A stretch of 64,000 nt of DNA from sequence record OL631257.1; one strand, given 5' to 3'. Below, piece by piece: positions 42,912 to 53,916 of this stretch. Under the pieces are notes generated by a model. It did no database searches, was not told the DNA's origin, and saw only the letters and a list, made by a program, of their open reading frames with translations. Position numbers and translations under genes: made by a program. Origin of the DNA: Escherichia phage ECCR664. Numbering within the stretch: position 1 is the first letter of the stretch; each line of letters begins with the position of its first letter.

Positions 42912-44074
42912 CGAAATCTTCCATTTCGTCAAGGTCGTTTTCAATATCTGCTGCAGACGGAGCATCAGAAGCTTTAACCGGAACTTTAGTTGTTGCTTTG
43001 CAATTAATAAGGTCGTTAACAGCGTCATCAACTTCTTTAATAGAAGAGATAGCACCTAGTTTATATTTAGTTTCAATTGCATCTCGGAAAGGTTTGTGTT
43101 TAAACAACGGCCCCCAGAATTCTACGCAATCAGTAGCTTTAGCACGCCATGATTTCTCTTCACGAATCATTTCACCTGTTTCTTCGTCAAGGAATTCACG
43201 AGCATACCAACCAGCTTTAGGTTTAACCACAAAACCAATTTCAGTTGCCATTTCTAACAAGCCACTGAATGGGTCAATACCGCCATCAAAATTAACCGTG
43301 ATTGGGAAAGTAGATTTCTCTTTAACTGTACGAGATTTTTCTGCTTTCAACGTGAAGTCATAACCGGTCAATTCTGTACCTTCTTTAACCTGACGTTTAG
43401 AGATAAAAATACTGTGTTAGCAGAATAAAGAATACCTGTACCACCGCCCATAATCTCTTTAGGATATAGTCCGCCGATTTCCATTGCTGTATGGTTGATT
43501 GCAACACATGGAATATCTTTAATAGTCAGATACGGGGTTACAATACGGAAAAGAGATTTAAGTGCCTTAGCACGAGACATATCACCTACGACTTTCTCGT
43601 TCAATGCATCTTCGGTTTCTTTCTTAGATGCAGTGTTACCGATTGAATCGATAAAGATAATAACTTTATCACCGCGTTCAATCGCGTCAAGCTGATTAGT
43701 CATATCAACTTTAAGTTGTTCGACGGACTGAATTGGTGTATGAACTACACGGTCTAAATCAACACCCATTGAACGGAAGTAAGATTCTGAAGCACCGAAT
43801 TCTGAGTCATAGAACAAACAGATTGCATCTTTATATTTCTTCATATACGCTGCAACCATAGTTAGTCCAAACAATGTTTTAAAATGTTTAGAAGGTGCAG
43901 CAAAATAGTCAAGCCTGATTGCAATCCTGCATTCAGAGCACCACCTAGTGCAATATTCAACATCGGAATACGAGTAGGGACTTCATCACGATTATTAAAC
44001 AGCTTAGACTTAGTCAAGTCTGCAGTCATTTTAGAAGTAGAAGCTTTAATCAGACGAGATTTTAAATCAGACAT
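42904..44074 (-). CDS. uvsX: UvsX recombinase (RecA-like; two frameshifts)
   Basis: Three consecutive fragments (43862-44074, 43368-43874, 42904-43371) giving ~390 codons; acidic C-terminus DLDEMEDFDE. Confidence 0.85.
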
Positions 44075-44173
44075 TGTATTTTTCCATAGGCATCATTATA
44101 TTTTACTCATGTTTAAAAGATAAGATGATTATATACTAAGAGTTATACAGCATTTAAAACTTTAAACAGGCTC

Positions 44174-44722
44174 TTAACGAGCCCATTTGATAATTTCTGT
44201 AATCAAATTATTACGTTCGCTTGCATTAAATCCTATAACTTTGTTAGCACCATCATGATTAAGTAATTGATACGTTTGGATTTTGTTATGAATTGCAAAC
44301 TCTTCAAAATGTGAAATGACTGTATTAAAACCGAATGAAGACAAAGTAATAAGATCGTCTTCAAAACTTTCAGTCATTTCGTTACGTGTTAAAATAATTG
44401 TGAACACATCATGGTTTTGGCAAAGACGAATATAATCCTGTTCATAAACGTCAAGAACCGAGTCCGCATCTTGTCGAATACGTCCATAAACCCAGTTACT
44501 AATATATCCACGGTCTAACAGATAAATCTTAGTAGGGTCTAAATAATTCAACATCGTTTCGAAACAGCCAACTTCATTTCGAGACTTAACATCGAAACGT
44601 CCATCAACTGTTCGTTTAGGGAAATCAATCTTTACATATCTTTCACTAATTTCCATTATGTCATTAATGAAAGTTGTTTTACCAGCATTATCCGGTCCGT
44701 CTACTAAAATAATTTTAGCCAT
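44174..44722 (-). CDS. P-loop nucleotide kinase (thymidylate-kinase-like)
   Basis: Walker A VDGPDNAGKTT at N-terminus and LLDRGYISNWVYG (DR motif); occupies the site of beta-gt in T4. Confidence 0.55.
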   Translation of the reverse strand: MAKIILVDGPDNAGKTTFINDIMEISERYVKIDFPKRTVDGRFDVKSRNEVGCFETMLNYLDPTKIYLLDRGYISNWVYGRIRQDADSVLDVYEQDYIRLCQNHDVFTIILTRNEMTESFEDDLITLSSFGFNTVISHFEEFAIHNKIQTYQLLNHDGANKVIGFNASERNNLITEIIKWAR

Positions 44723-44723
44723 T

Positions 44724-45623
44724 TTATTCCTCGATTACGACATCTTCGTATTTAGGTATATTATACGGTGAAGAAATTAAAGCATTAAAGTAGATGAACT
44801 CACCAAGACCTGGATGGAATACTTCTTCAGGATTTTCGAAATATTGAATCTTCGGACGTCCTTTAAGAATTTGATAGTACTCAGTTTTAGTTGGATTAAA
44901 AATTCGAATCAGCGCTTCTTCGGGATACTTATTTCTGTCGAAACTATTATTTGGATCAGTTATATAAAGCGGTTGACCTAATTGAATTGCGCATTCAACC
45001 ACTTGTTCAAAACGATAGCATGGGTCACTAATTCGAAATGGATGAAAAATACCATCTAGATGAATAGGAGCCAAATCACCTACAAGACGCTGCATGACGG
45101 AAGGACGTATAACTTTCTGCGTTACGATAATCTTATTACCATCTGCACCTGCGTTAACCAGCACTTCTTTTTGACGTTCATTCAACACAGTAGTTTGAAG
45201 TGAACGATTAACCGACAACATATCGGTTTTTAAGAATTCGTCAATATAAAAACGTGGTTTATTAGGGTCTGCAGTGATATTGAAATTGAATTCCACATCA
45301 AAAGCGCCGTCATATCCGGTGATATCTGTGATTAGAAAATCACAATCATAATAAGCAATTAATGAATCAACCACAAATTCATTTTCAGACCAGAAATATT
45401 TACGAGTGTTATACGCGTTATCTTTATACCATAATGGAACAAACTTAAATTCTGGGAAAAGACGTTCACATTCTTTAATATCGGATGCATTACGTGGATA
45501 TGTAATCACATCACCTGGATTAGCACGGTGCAAATGAAGTTGGAAGTTGCCATCCTTAAGGATAGCATACTGTCCAGTTTCATAAGACCGCATACTCAAG
45601 ATTGGTACGCGGAAAATAGCCAT
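44724..45623 (-). CDS. Hypothetical protein (299 aa) in the gene-42 operon
   Basis: Intact ORF, tightly packed between the kinase and gene 42 (1-nt spacers/overlaps); no motif recognised. Confidence 0.4.
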   Translation of the reverse strand: MAIFRVPILSMRSYETGQYAILKDGNFQLHLHRANPGDVITYPRNASDIKECERLFPEFKFVPLWYKDNAYNTRKYFWSENEFVVDSLIAYYDCDFLITDITGYDGAFDVEFNFNITADPNKPRFYIDEFLKTDMLSVNRSLQTTVLNERQKEVLVNAGADGNKIIVTQKVIRPSVMQRLVGDLAPIHLDGIFHPFRISDPCYRFEQVVECAIQLGQPLYITDPNNSFDRNKYPEEALIRIFNPTKTEYYQILKGRPKIQYFENPEEVFHPGLGEFIYFNALISSPYNIPKYEDVVIEE

Positions 45624-46339
45624 TAGTCAAGGAATCCTTTAACATAATCAAAATCACGTTCAAACACATGGGCACTTACCATGGTATGAGTATAATCACC
45701 AACTTCTACACCACATTCGTTAGCGATATAATGAAGTAATTTTCCTTGGAGATAAAAATCCAACTGCATAACAACAGCACAGTTCTGAGAACGCATATGA
45801 CAGTGGGTATAAAGCTTACCATCACGAATATAATAAGTCACTGAGTCAGTACATGGATATTCAAGTGTTTCGTCCGAATCAAGCAAAGCCTGATCAGAAC
45901 TTTCTAGAATTTGGAACACAACTCTTCGAGAGTTAGGTTTCTCTTTAAGTTCTTTTAGAAGAGCTGGTAATTGGGCCACAATGCGAGGACCGTAGAAAGT
46001 GTTGAAGTTCGCCGGCAAAACATCTGATTTTGGTTTAGAAATAAATTTAGCGACATTAGGATATGCCTTAAACGCTTCTTCTGCGTTGGTACCACCAGAA
46101 ATCATAAACTTCCAGAAGTCTTCGGCATATTCATAAGAGATGCGGTTAATACGTGGGTCGGTCATTTTGAATGATGATGGAGTGTCAACAACTACTGTCA
46201 TGGACCCGATTTCATTACAACGTCCAATACGAGAATCAGTTACGAATTCGGGGTTTTCTAAAATTTCACGATTGACTGCTTTAAATGCGGCTTGAAAATC
46301 TGCGGCTTTGATATATTTCATTGTGTTATGTTTTCCCAT
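45623..46339 (-). CDS. 42: gp42 dCMP hydroxymethylase (thymidylate-synthase family)
   Basis: ...YPCTDSVTYYIRDGKLYTHCHMRSQNCAVVMQLDFYLQ... aligns with the T4 gp42 active-site region (CT..V.Y.IRD......MRS.D). Confidence 0.7.
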   Translation of the reverse strand: MGKHNTMKYIKAADFQAAFKAVNREILENPEFVTDSRIGRCNEIGSMTVVVDTPSSFKMTDPRINRISYEYAEDFWKFMISGGTNAEEAFKAYPNVAKFISKPKSDVLPANFNTFYGPRIVAQLPALLKELKEKPNSRRVVFQILESSDQALLDSDETLEYPCTDSVTYYIRDGKLYTHCHMRSQNCAVVMQLDFYLQGKLLHYIANECGVEVGDYTHTMVSAHVFERDFDYVKGFLD

Positions 46340-46621
46340 GTTTACCTCAATACAATTTATTATATACTCAATTCGTAAAGCTTATTTGAATTTCTTGGCA
46401 ATGTTGATATAACGTAAAGCTTCAGAATCTATACTTCCAAGAACACTATGAAGGAATGCATCAGTGTAGTATTCCAATTGAACAGGTTCTTTAATCACTT
46501 TAGCCGCTTTGGTTTCAAACAGGCCCATAAGGGCCTTTTAAGAATTTGTTCGTTAGTGTTCAGTTTTATAGTCAAAATCTCTTCATTAAGTTTATAATTA
46601 AAAGTTTTTCTAGAAATCATT

Positions 46622-47774
46622 CCGGGTACCTCAAAGCGTCATCAGAGTTAGTTATATCAATAATAGATATAGAGTTTTCTGATAACCCATTTTTAGATAA
46701 CTGACGTTTATAATATCTTTCACAATATGTACACGTCGTCCCGCAGATTTCATTAGCACAATCGAAATCTGGATGTCTGAACCACCTTTTTCTAAAAAGC
46801 CATCTAACAAAGAGGTTTCAATATTTACTGTATGTGAAAACTCAGTCTCATTTTCAAGAGTGAAAATAGTCTCTAAAGGCTTCCACAGTTCTAACAAATT
46901 ACCTTCAAACTTTTCAGAAGCGTATGCTTCAAGAACTTTCAAAATGTAGTCGGTGCTACCTGTACGTCCTGAAACTTTGAATTGAGTGATACCAATATCA
47001 TTATAAAGTTTCAAATCTTGAGGACGAACAAAACGAGTTCTCAACCAGTTAAATGGGTCTGTATCACGAGCTTTAATACAGTGCTGCATAGGATATCCGT
47101 TTAAGGATTTAGCATCATCAGCTGTAACATCAGTACTATGGAAAATATAGCAAGAGTCACGATAGCTACAATGTGTTGTATACCCTTTACCAGCATTAGA
47201 ACAGAACTCATTTACAAGAACTTCAAATATTATATTGTTCTTATTGCAAAACTCTGCTGCACGCTTCAGGAAAGAAACTGAACGGTTCTTATGAATTCCG
47301 CAGCAGACTTTTTTGATGTTATATTGGTCGTGCAAGTATTTGATTTGAGTTACAGCATCAACATGTAGAATTGTTGAAACTTCAATCTCAATGTCTTTAT
47401 TGACTTCACGAACAATTTCCATAACAACAGGGTTAGCGATAGTAATACGCCATACGCCTATTGACCAAAGATACTGAACATAATCCTGAATAGCTTTCTT
47501 CTTCCACTCAACTAGTTCTCTTTTGAACCAGGATTTATCGTGTTGAGTGTATAGTTAAAGCAAATACCTAATTCGTTACAACGTTTAACGTAGTCTTCTA
47601 ACATCTTTTGTCAACGTCAGGAAGCCTAAAATCAGGTCTGGCTGCTACAAAAGCCATTTCTCTTGTAGAACCATATACTTCGTTTATCAAGCTATTAGGA
47701 TAGGTTTTATTGAGCTCTACGATTTTATCAAGAAGAGCTAAATCAAAATTCGTTCCGATTTTAAAAGTATTCAT
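46622..47774 (-). CDS. Hypothetical protein (~380 aa, at least two frame breaks); Cys-rich C-terminal segment
   Basis: N-terminal MNTFKIGTNFDLALLDKIVELNK...; 256-aa fragment 46652-47422; an alternative frame near the 3' end encodes ...FDCANEICGTTCTYCERYYK (CxxxCxxC). Confidence 0.35.
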
Positions 47775-47828
47775 TTTTGCATCTCGCGTTAATTGATGCG
47801 ATGGTTTTTGCAGGTCTTACTTAAATTA

Positions 47829-48230
47829 TTATAGATTCGGTTTATACGATTTAAATGTTTCGAATTCGCCTTTATTCATAAGAGCTTTGAATTCGTCAGG
47901 ACGCATAGCTTTGTCGTCGATAATCCAATCATATACTGGTTTATGTGTTAGCAAATTATGGTACTTCAAACCAATGTTTTCCAAGTTCTGAATCAGACTT
48001 GGGAGAATGTCAATTGCTATACGACCAGGACCTACCGACTTCATACCACGAGCCGTGTAAAGCGTTATGGTATGCCCTGCATCATACAGGGCATTAATGG
48101 CGGACACCATTTCGACGTCTGGTTTGAAGTTCACGTAATCACGATTGTTATTCCACTCTGTTATACAATCATCGACATCAAAACAAAGATTAAGCATGTT
48201 TTCTACACGGTGCATTAGATTCGTTCCCAT
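47829..48230 (-). CDS. HAD-superfamily phosphatase
   Basis: Motif I LCFDVDDCIT, motif II ...TLYTARG, motif IV WIIDDK; true start probably the internal Met MLNLCFDVDD. Confidence 0.55.
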   Translation of the reverse strand: MGTNLMHRVENMLNLCFDVDDCITEWNNNRDYVNFKPDVEMVSAINALYDAGHTITLYTARGMKSVGPGRIAIDILPSLIQNLENIGLKYHNLLTHKPVYDWIIDDKAMRPDEFKALMNKGEFETFKSYKPNL

Positions 48231-48285
48231 TGATGAGTGATATCGCCACCGATTGGACGATAGGAAACACCAGTTTCTTTATCAG

Positions 48286-49104
48286 TTAGTACCCATTTAC
48301 CAGGATTTTTGTAATCAGAGTAGCCGTTACAGGTTCTGCTACGTCATAACTAATAGAGCCGTCCTGAAGTACACGGCCCATGTTACGTAATTGCTTAGTC
48401 AGAAGTTCCATGCCTTTATAATATGCGGCTACCGCTTTAAGTGGATTATTCTTGAAATAACCACCTAATGCAATCCAGATAATTGCTACTGCCAAATGAT
48501 GATACTCGTTAAACGAACTCATCTTTCCATATTTGTAAACTAGTGGATTGATGTTAATAGTCACATTACAAGTTGTTTCATCAATAATAAACTGGCCCCA
48601 GGTCGGATTAGCGTTGAATTCATCATAACCTGAAACAGCATAAAGCACTTTAGCTTCATCATACAATTTTGGCCCGTAAATCTTGGTTTCACCAAAATAT
48701 CCACGAGGGTCGATAAACTTGACTTCGCCGTTATCAGTAATCATGGTATTACTGAAGTTCGGGTCACCGTGAATAACAGAGTACTGTCCCTGAGAACGGT
48801 TATGATAACGAATAAGGTGTTCTAAAGCTTGTTTCAACATTGGCTTCAGACGTCCAATCTTAGTGTAGTTCACACGTGTGATTTTACCAAATGAATCAAT
48901 CAATGGTTGAATGCTTTCACAACGATCAATAACTTTCGTATAGAATTCTTTAGTGAAATCACGACGAACAGTTTCAGGACTTACAAAATAAGCGTCTGTG
49001 CTGAATTTCAGTGCATCTAAAATTGCATCAACAATTTGTGGACGAGCAAGACTTGATTTGGATTTAATATATTCAAATGCTGGCTTACCTTTAATACGTT
49101 CCAT
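48286..49104 (-). CDS. Kinase of the aminoglycoside-phosphotransferase / choline-kinase fold (putative sugar kinase)
   Basis: Brenner-type catalytic motif VIHGDPNFSNTMI followed by KFIDPRGYFGE. Confidence 0.55.
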   Translation of the reverse strand: MERIKGKPAFEYIKSKSSLARPQIVDAILDALKFSTDAYFVSPETVRRDFTKEFYTKVIDRCESIQPLIDSFGKITRVNYTKIGRLKPMLKQALEHLIRYHNRSQGQYSVIHGDPNFSNTMITDNGEVKFIDPRGYFGETKIYGPKLYDEAKVLYAVSGYDEFNANPTWGQFIIDETTCNVTININPLVYKYGKMSSFNEYHHLAVAIIWIALGGYFKNNPLKAVAAYYKGMELLTKQLRNMGRVLQDGSISYDVAEPVTATLITKILVNGY

Positions 49105-49130
49105 AATAAAGTGGCCGCCAGGATGATAAC

Positions 49131-49900
49131 TTACAATCCGTGGAACTGAATCTGATTTAACTTTCTTATACCAATTGACTTCATCTTTTGAAGTGCAACG
49201 CCCTGTTCTGTTAAAGCAATCTTTGTTACCGTTTCTTCGCCAATTTCAACTGCATTAAAACTACGATTAAGTTCACGAACTTCATGAGCTTTTTCAAGTT
49301 TAGGCATATCACCAAGGTCGATGATATTCATAAGCTCTGATTTATTGAATGCGCCGCTGTAAAGGAATTCTACAAAATCACGTCCTTTGCAGTATTCGTG
49401 AATTTCCTCATCAGTAGAACCCATGTAGAATTCCCAGTCTTTGAACTGATAAATTCCTACAACATTACCGCCTGTTGAACCTACGTTAGTGATATTTTCA
49501 CCATCGAAATTATATCGACATTCATCACCTTTAACATAGATTGCGTTAACATTCCAAGACCATGAACCAAAATCAGGAATAATATCACACCAGTTAACAA
49601 CTACGTTATGGCCGTCTAAATCTTTATGTAATTTAGCAAGAGCATAAGCAGAACCATACGCTTCATCAACTGTACGAATAGTCACATTGAACCCTTCTTG
49701 CTCACAATAAGCTCGAACGGTTTCAGCAAATTTTGAATGAACTACTACAATAATTTCATCTGCGCCAAGGTCAGAATAAATTGTGTACAAATTGCTCAGA
49801 ATAGTGTCTTGTTTATAGTTCACAAGAACTTTTGGAATATGGTGAGTAATTGGATATAAACGAGTTGCCAATCCAGCACCAAGAATAACAGCTTTTTCAT
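49131..49900 (-). CDS. Sugar-phosphate nucleotidyltransferase (frameshifted near N-terminus)
   Basis: After frame repair N-terminus reads MKKAVILGAGLATRLYPIT, the G-x-G-T-R-L-x-P-x-T nucleotidyltransferase signature; 246-aa fragment 49131-49871. Confidence 0.6.
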
Positions 49901-49941
49901 GTTGAAGTCCTCATTGGTAAGTAGGTGTATTGTACACTATT

Positions 49942-50085
49942 CTAGTTAAAGCATTCATACTTTGCCTGTAGACCAATCATAATCCATCCAATTACAAGTG
50001 TTGGAATCATTACTGGAGCCGTTAAGCTCCAGTAGATAGTCATGACAAGCATCAATAGTAAAAGTCCTATTGTTATTGCTTTCAT
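49942..50085 (-). CDS. Small membrane protein (47 aa), position of T4 imm
   Basis: MKAITIGLLLLMLVMTIYWSLTAPVMIPTLVIGWIMIGLQAKYECFN; ATGA overlap with the SIS gene stop. Confidence 0.35.
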   Translation of the reverse strand: MKAITIGLLLLMLVMTIYWSLTAPVMIPTLVIGWIMIGLQAKYECFN

Positions 50086-50716
50086 TGTTCGCCTCGTAAC
50101 ATGGCACCTAGTGCACCGCCAGGGTGGAACTTAAGGAAGTCATTAGAGGTAAATCCACGTTCAGACGAAAGGTTGATAGCGAACGTATCGATAAGCGCTA
50201 ACAACAATGTAGTGGACATTGTCGGAGCTAAAGAGTTCTCGTCGACTTCCACCGCGATACCGGTACAGAACGTATAATCAAAAGAGCTTCGTATTCTTGC
50301 GGAATGTCAGGGTTACAATGTAACAGAATCTGTTTAACCTGAGGACGAATCATACGAAGATGTTTAGCAACACCTATCATTTCTTCAGTCTTACCAGAAC
50401 GACTAATATGAATCAACACATCATTAGGCGCAATGAATCCTGCATCACCGTGAGAATAATGCCCGGTGTTCAAGTACATACTCGGGATACCGAGTGAAGC
50501 AAATGTCTCAGAAGCTTTAGTTGCGATATTAGCGTTCTTACCAACACCTGTAATAATTACACGACTTTCATAATTACTCAGTCCAGGGCGTCGAAGAGTT
50601 TCTAGAATAGCATTATAACGAGCAGGGTTTTGACTAATTACTTTAGCCATGGTGGCAAGAGATGAAGCTTGTTTTACGATTGCGTCAATAGCGATAGTGA
50701 TTGGTGTAGTTTTCAT
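50082..50716 (-). CDS. SIS-domain sugar-phosphate isomerase (KdsD/GutQ-like; one frameshift)
   Basis: ...ITGVGKNANIATKASETFASLGIPSMYLN...VLIHISRSGKTEEM and, after frame repair, C-terminal ...FHPGGALGAML. Confidence 0.6.
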
Positions 50717-50756
50717 ATTTCTCTCATTTAATTAGTTGGCCGTCCTTGGCATTATA

Positions 50757-53466
50757 TCAAAAATCGAACATATCGAACAGAGATGCTTTCTTCTCGTAAT
50801 CGAGTTTCGCTGCTGATGTGAATCCTTCAAGTGGTTTAATAAATGTCTTCTCAAGGAGAACCGTGTAGTCCATCCAATGAAGTACGTCGTCTTTAATTAA
50901 ATCTGTGATTTCAGTACCAGAAGGCCATGCGATACATTTATCACCGAATGGGTTTCCTTCACGTAAAGGCAGAACATATACTTTTTCACCTTCTACAACT
51001 TGTGGTGCATCAATATTACCTTTAATAGCCCGGTTATACGTCAGAATTCCACGAATATGGAACGGGCATTTGGGACCAGGGAATCCACCAACGTCATATT
51101 TAGCAATGTTATTCGCAGAAGATACCGACGCAATGCTAATATAATTCAATTGACGGAATTCTTTTTCAAACTCTTTAAAATATTCTTGTAATGATTCTTC
51201 ACCTTCTTGAAGCATACGACGAATACATTCTTTAAGAGCTTTCTGTACCGCTTTAGGAGTTGAAGATTTCTGTGTTTCGAGACCCATGATTTTGAGTTTA
51301 GGCTCAGCGTAACGAGTACCTTCCATATCCCACACGTTTAATGCATAACGTTTCTTACCAGTCCAGAATCCGCCAATACCTTTAGAACCGAGCGGAGGAC
51401 CAGCGATAGCTTCTCGGTCCATGAACATCAAATGTTGCTTATTATTCATGTATTCGCACATTTCACGGAAACCTCTATCAATAGCTGGTTCCATACGTTC
51501 ACGTGCAAACTTATCTAAGAAGTCTACCCAATGGTTGGTATCACGGAATTTAGATTCACCAACCTTATCAATAATTTTATCAGCAGATACGTAAATAGAG
51601 TCTGTATCACCATAAAGAACGAAAGCTTCACCTTCTGTACCACAAACTTCATTCAGATATTCATTAACTTTACGTTCAATCCACTGTAAAGCCATTTGAC
51701 CAAATGTTGTGATTGCAGTAGCATTACGCAAATCGTAATAACGGAACCAAACGTTGCCAAGTGCACCATAAAGTGAGTTGATAAGCAATTTACGGTTAAT
51801 TTGTGCAGTCATACCTGCAACTTCAGTACGTTGAGCTCTAAACAACATTTCATTAAGAGATTTAGCAGACAACTTTTTAATCTTTTCTTTAATCTCATCA
51901 GTGAAGTCGAAACGATAATCAACATCTAATGGTTCGTCAACAGAAAGATTAGGATTATGCAATGCCTCTTTAATTATTTCACCATTACGTTGAGCTGCAA
52001 GCATGTAACCTTTATGTTCTTTACGTTGATTAAAGACCTTAGTGATTTCAGTTGGAACTACACCGTCACGGTCTTTATAATACATCATGCCGTTAGGAGA
52101 GCAACTGTACACATCAGAAGGACGTTCAGCAACAGCGTTAATATAATCATGCAGTGGAGCTACTTTAAACGTTCCTGCTATTGTTTCTGGGCTAATATTC
52201 ACTTGGCGAATAATACTTGGATACAGAGATGTAAGGTCGAAACTCATTACATATTTGTATCGATTTGGAATAGGTTCCTTAACAAAAGCGCCAGGATAAG
52301 GTTGAACCGGGTGAGAACGACCTTGTGGAATCACCTTGTTTTGTTCTTTAAGGCTATTAAAAATAATAGCATCCCATGTTTTAATTGGGCTAAACACAGA
52401 TTGAATCTGTATCTTAGCATAATAACCCATGTCCAAACTCAAGTTGATGAACTGACGCTTAGCATCAATTTGCAATACACGATACACGTCGATAATGTTA
52501 TAAGAAATATATCGTTGGTGATTGCTTTCACGAAGCTTAGAAATAGGACCGTCATATTTCAGTTTACCGACATTCAATTCAAATTCTGAAATGTAATCCA
52601 GAGAATACGACGGTTGATTGGTAAAGAGAATTTTTGTAAAGGTCAATGTAATCAAGAACAGAGATACCGAACAATGTAATGATTTCACGAGAACCATACA
52701 TGTTTTCGATAACTTTAACACGAGTTTTACGATGTGGTGATAAACGTTTCGCAGTAGATTCGCCAAAAATATTTTTGATTCGGTTATACACATATGGAAT
52801 ATCAAATGACTCAACGTTCCATCCAGTCAAAATGACAGGAGTTTTCTGTTGCCAGAAGTTGAGATATTCCATCAACAATTCTTTTTCGTTATCGAACGGC
52901 ATATAAATGATTTTATCAATAATTTCGGATGGAACTTCATCACCACCTTGTTCTTGAAGCTTAGCTGCAATTTCGATAGACCATTCTTCTACATTACCAT
53001 ATGGAGAATTCAATAGATCAAATACGTAGAACCTGTCGTCAATTGAGTCATAATGGGTGATAGCATCAATCGGATGTTTTGCTTGTGACGGCTCAGGAAA
53101 CCCATCCGGAGATGTTACTTCGATGTCGAAGTTAGCCACACGAATTTTTGTATGGACGTATTTGATTTCATAGTTATAAGTGTCAGACAAATACGCTAAT
53201 TTGAAATCGTCCATGCCAAGTGCTTCAAGTCCGATATCTTCCATGCGTTTAATCCATTGGGAGGCATCACGCATATTAGCGAACAACTTACGAGTACATG
53301 GCTTACCGTAGATATCGAAATATTTCGTAGCCTGACTTTCCGGACAATGAGCAAACAGTGATGGTTTATATTCTACTTCACGAGTACGTTCACGGCCATT
53401 AGAATCGATGTAACGTTCAAAAATTGAATCACCAATCTGTTCAACCGTTAAGTAAAATTCTTTCAT
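50757..53466 (-). CDS. 43: gp43 DNA polymerase (family B; one frameshift near 52600)
   Basis: N-terminal exonuclease fragment 52579-53466 (MKEFYLTVEQIGDSIFERYIDSNG...FDIEV...) and polymerase fragment 50757-52814 (...SLYPSII..., ...YGDTDS..., ends ...KKASLFDMFDF); ~903 codons. Confidence 0.9.
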
Positions 53467-53524
53467 TTAATTTCCTTTAGACGAGTTATTGTCTTTTGTT
53501 TGTTGATGAACTTATTATACTCCA

Positions 53525-53544
53525 AATGGGACCGAAGTCCCATT
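53525..53544 (-). terminator. UUCG-tetraloop hairpin between regA and gene 43
   Basis: aatgggac-cgaa-gtcccatt (8-bp stem); weak U tract, so it may be an RNA structure rather than a strong terminator. Confidence 0.4.
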
Positions 53545-53547
53545 GCT

Positions 53548-53916
53548 TTAATTACCAATTGTATATTTTGCTTTCAAAGTCCAGTCATCTTTCTGTTTAA
53601 AAGAGATAACACGGAAGTTATTAGTCAAGCCAAACAGATCTTCACGAGCAGAGTCTTCAATAACAATTAATCCCCAGTCTTCAAGCAACTGAGCGATCGA
53701 ATCACGTCGCTGATAGTCTTCACCATCGATATCAACTTGTCGTCCGTCCATACGCAGCATTTCTTTAAAGTGGACGATGTAGTATTTACCTTGCTTTTGG
53801 AGGATATGACAGGACTGATAAAGAACTTTATCCTTGTTATTAGCGATGCCCATACGGGTCAAAGTCTCTTTGACTTTCAGAAAATCTTCAGGGTTCTTCA
53901 ATTTAATTTCAATCAT
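53548..53916 (-). CDS. regA: RegA translational repressor
   Basis: Start at MIEIKLKNPEDFLKVKETLTRMGIANNKDKVLYQSCHILQK; 122 aa as in T4. Confidence 0.85.
   Translation of the reverse strand: MIEIKLKNPEDFLKVKETLTRMGIANNKDKVLYQSCHILQKQGKYYIVHFKEMLRMDGRQVDIDGEDYQRRDSIAQLLEDWGLIVIEDSAREDLFGLTNNFRVISFKQKDDWTLKAKYTIGN

Noticed and set aside
51957-52589. Plus-strand 210-aa ORF
   Set aside because: Antisense to the DNA polymerase gene 43; hydrophobic low-complexity translation typical of an AT-rich antisense frame
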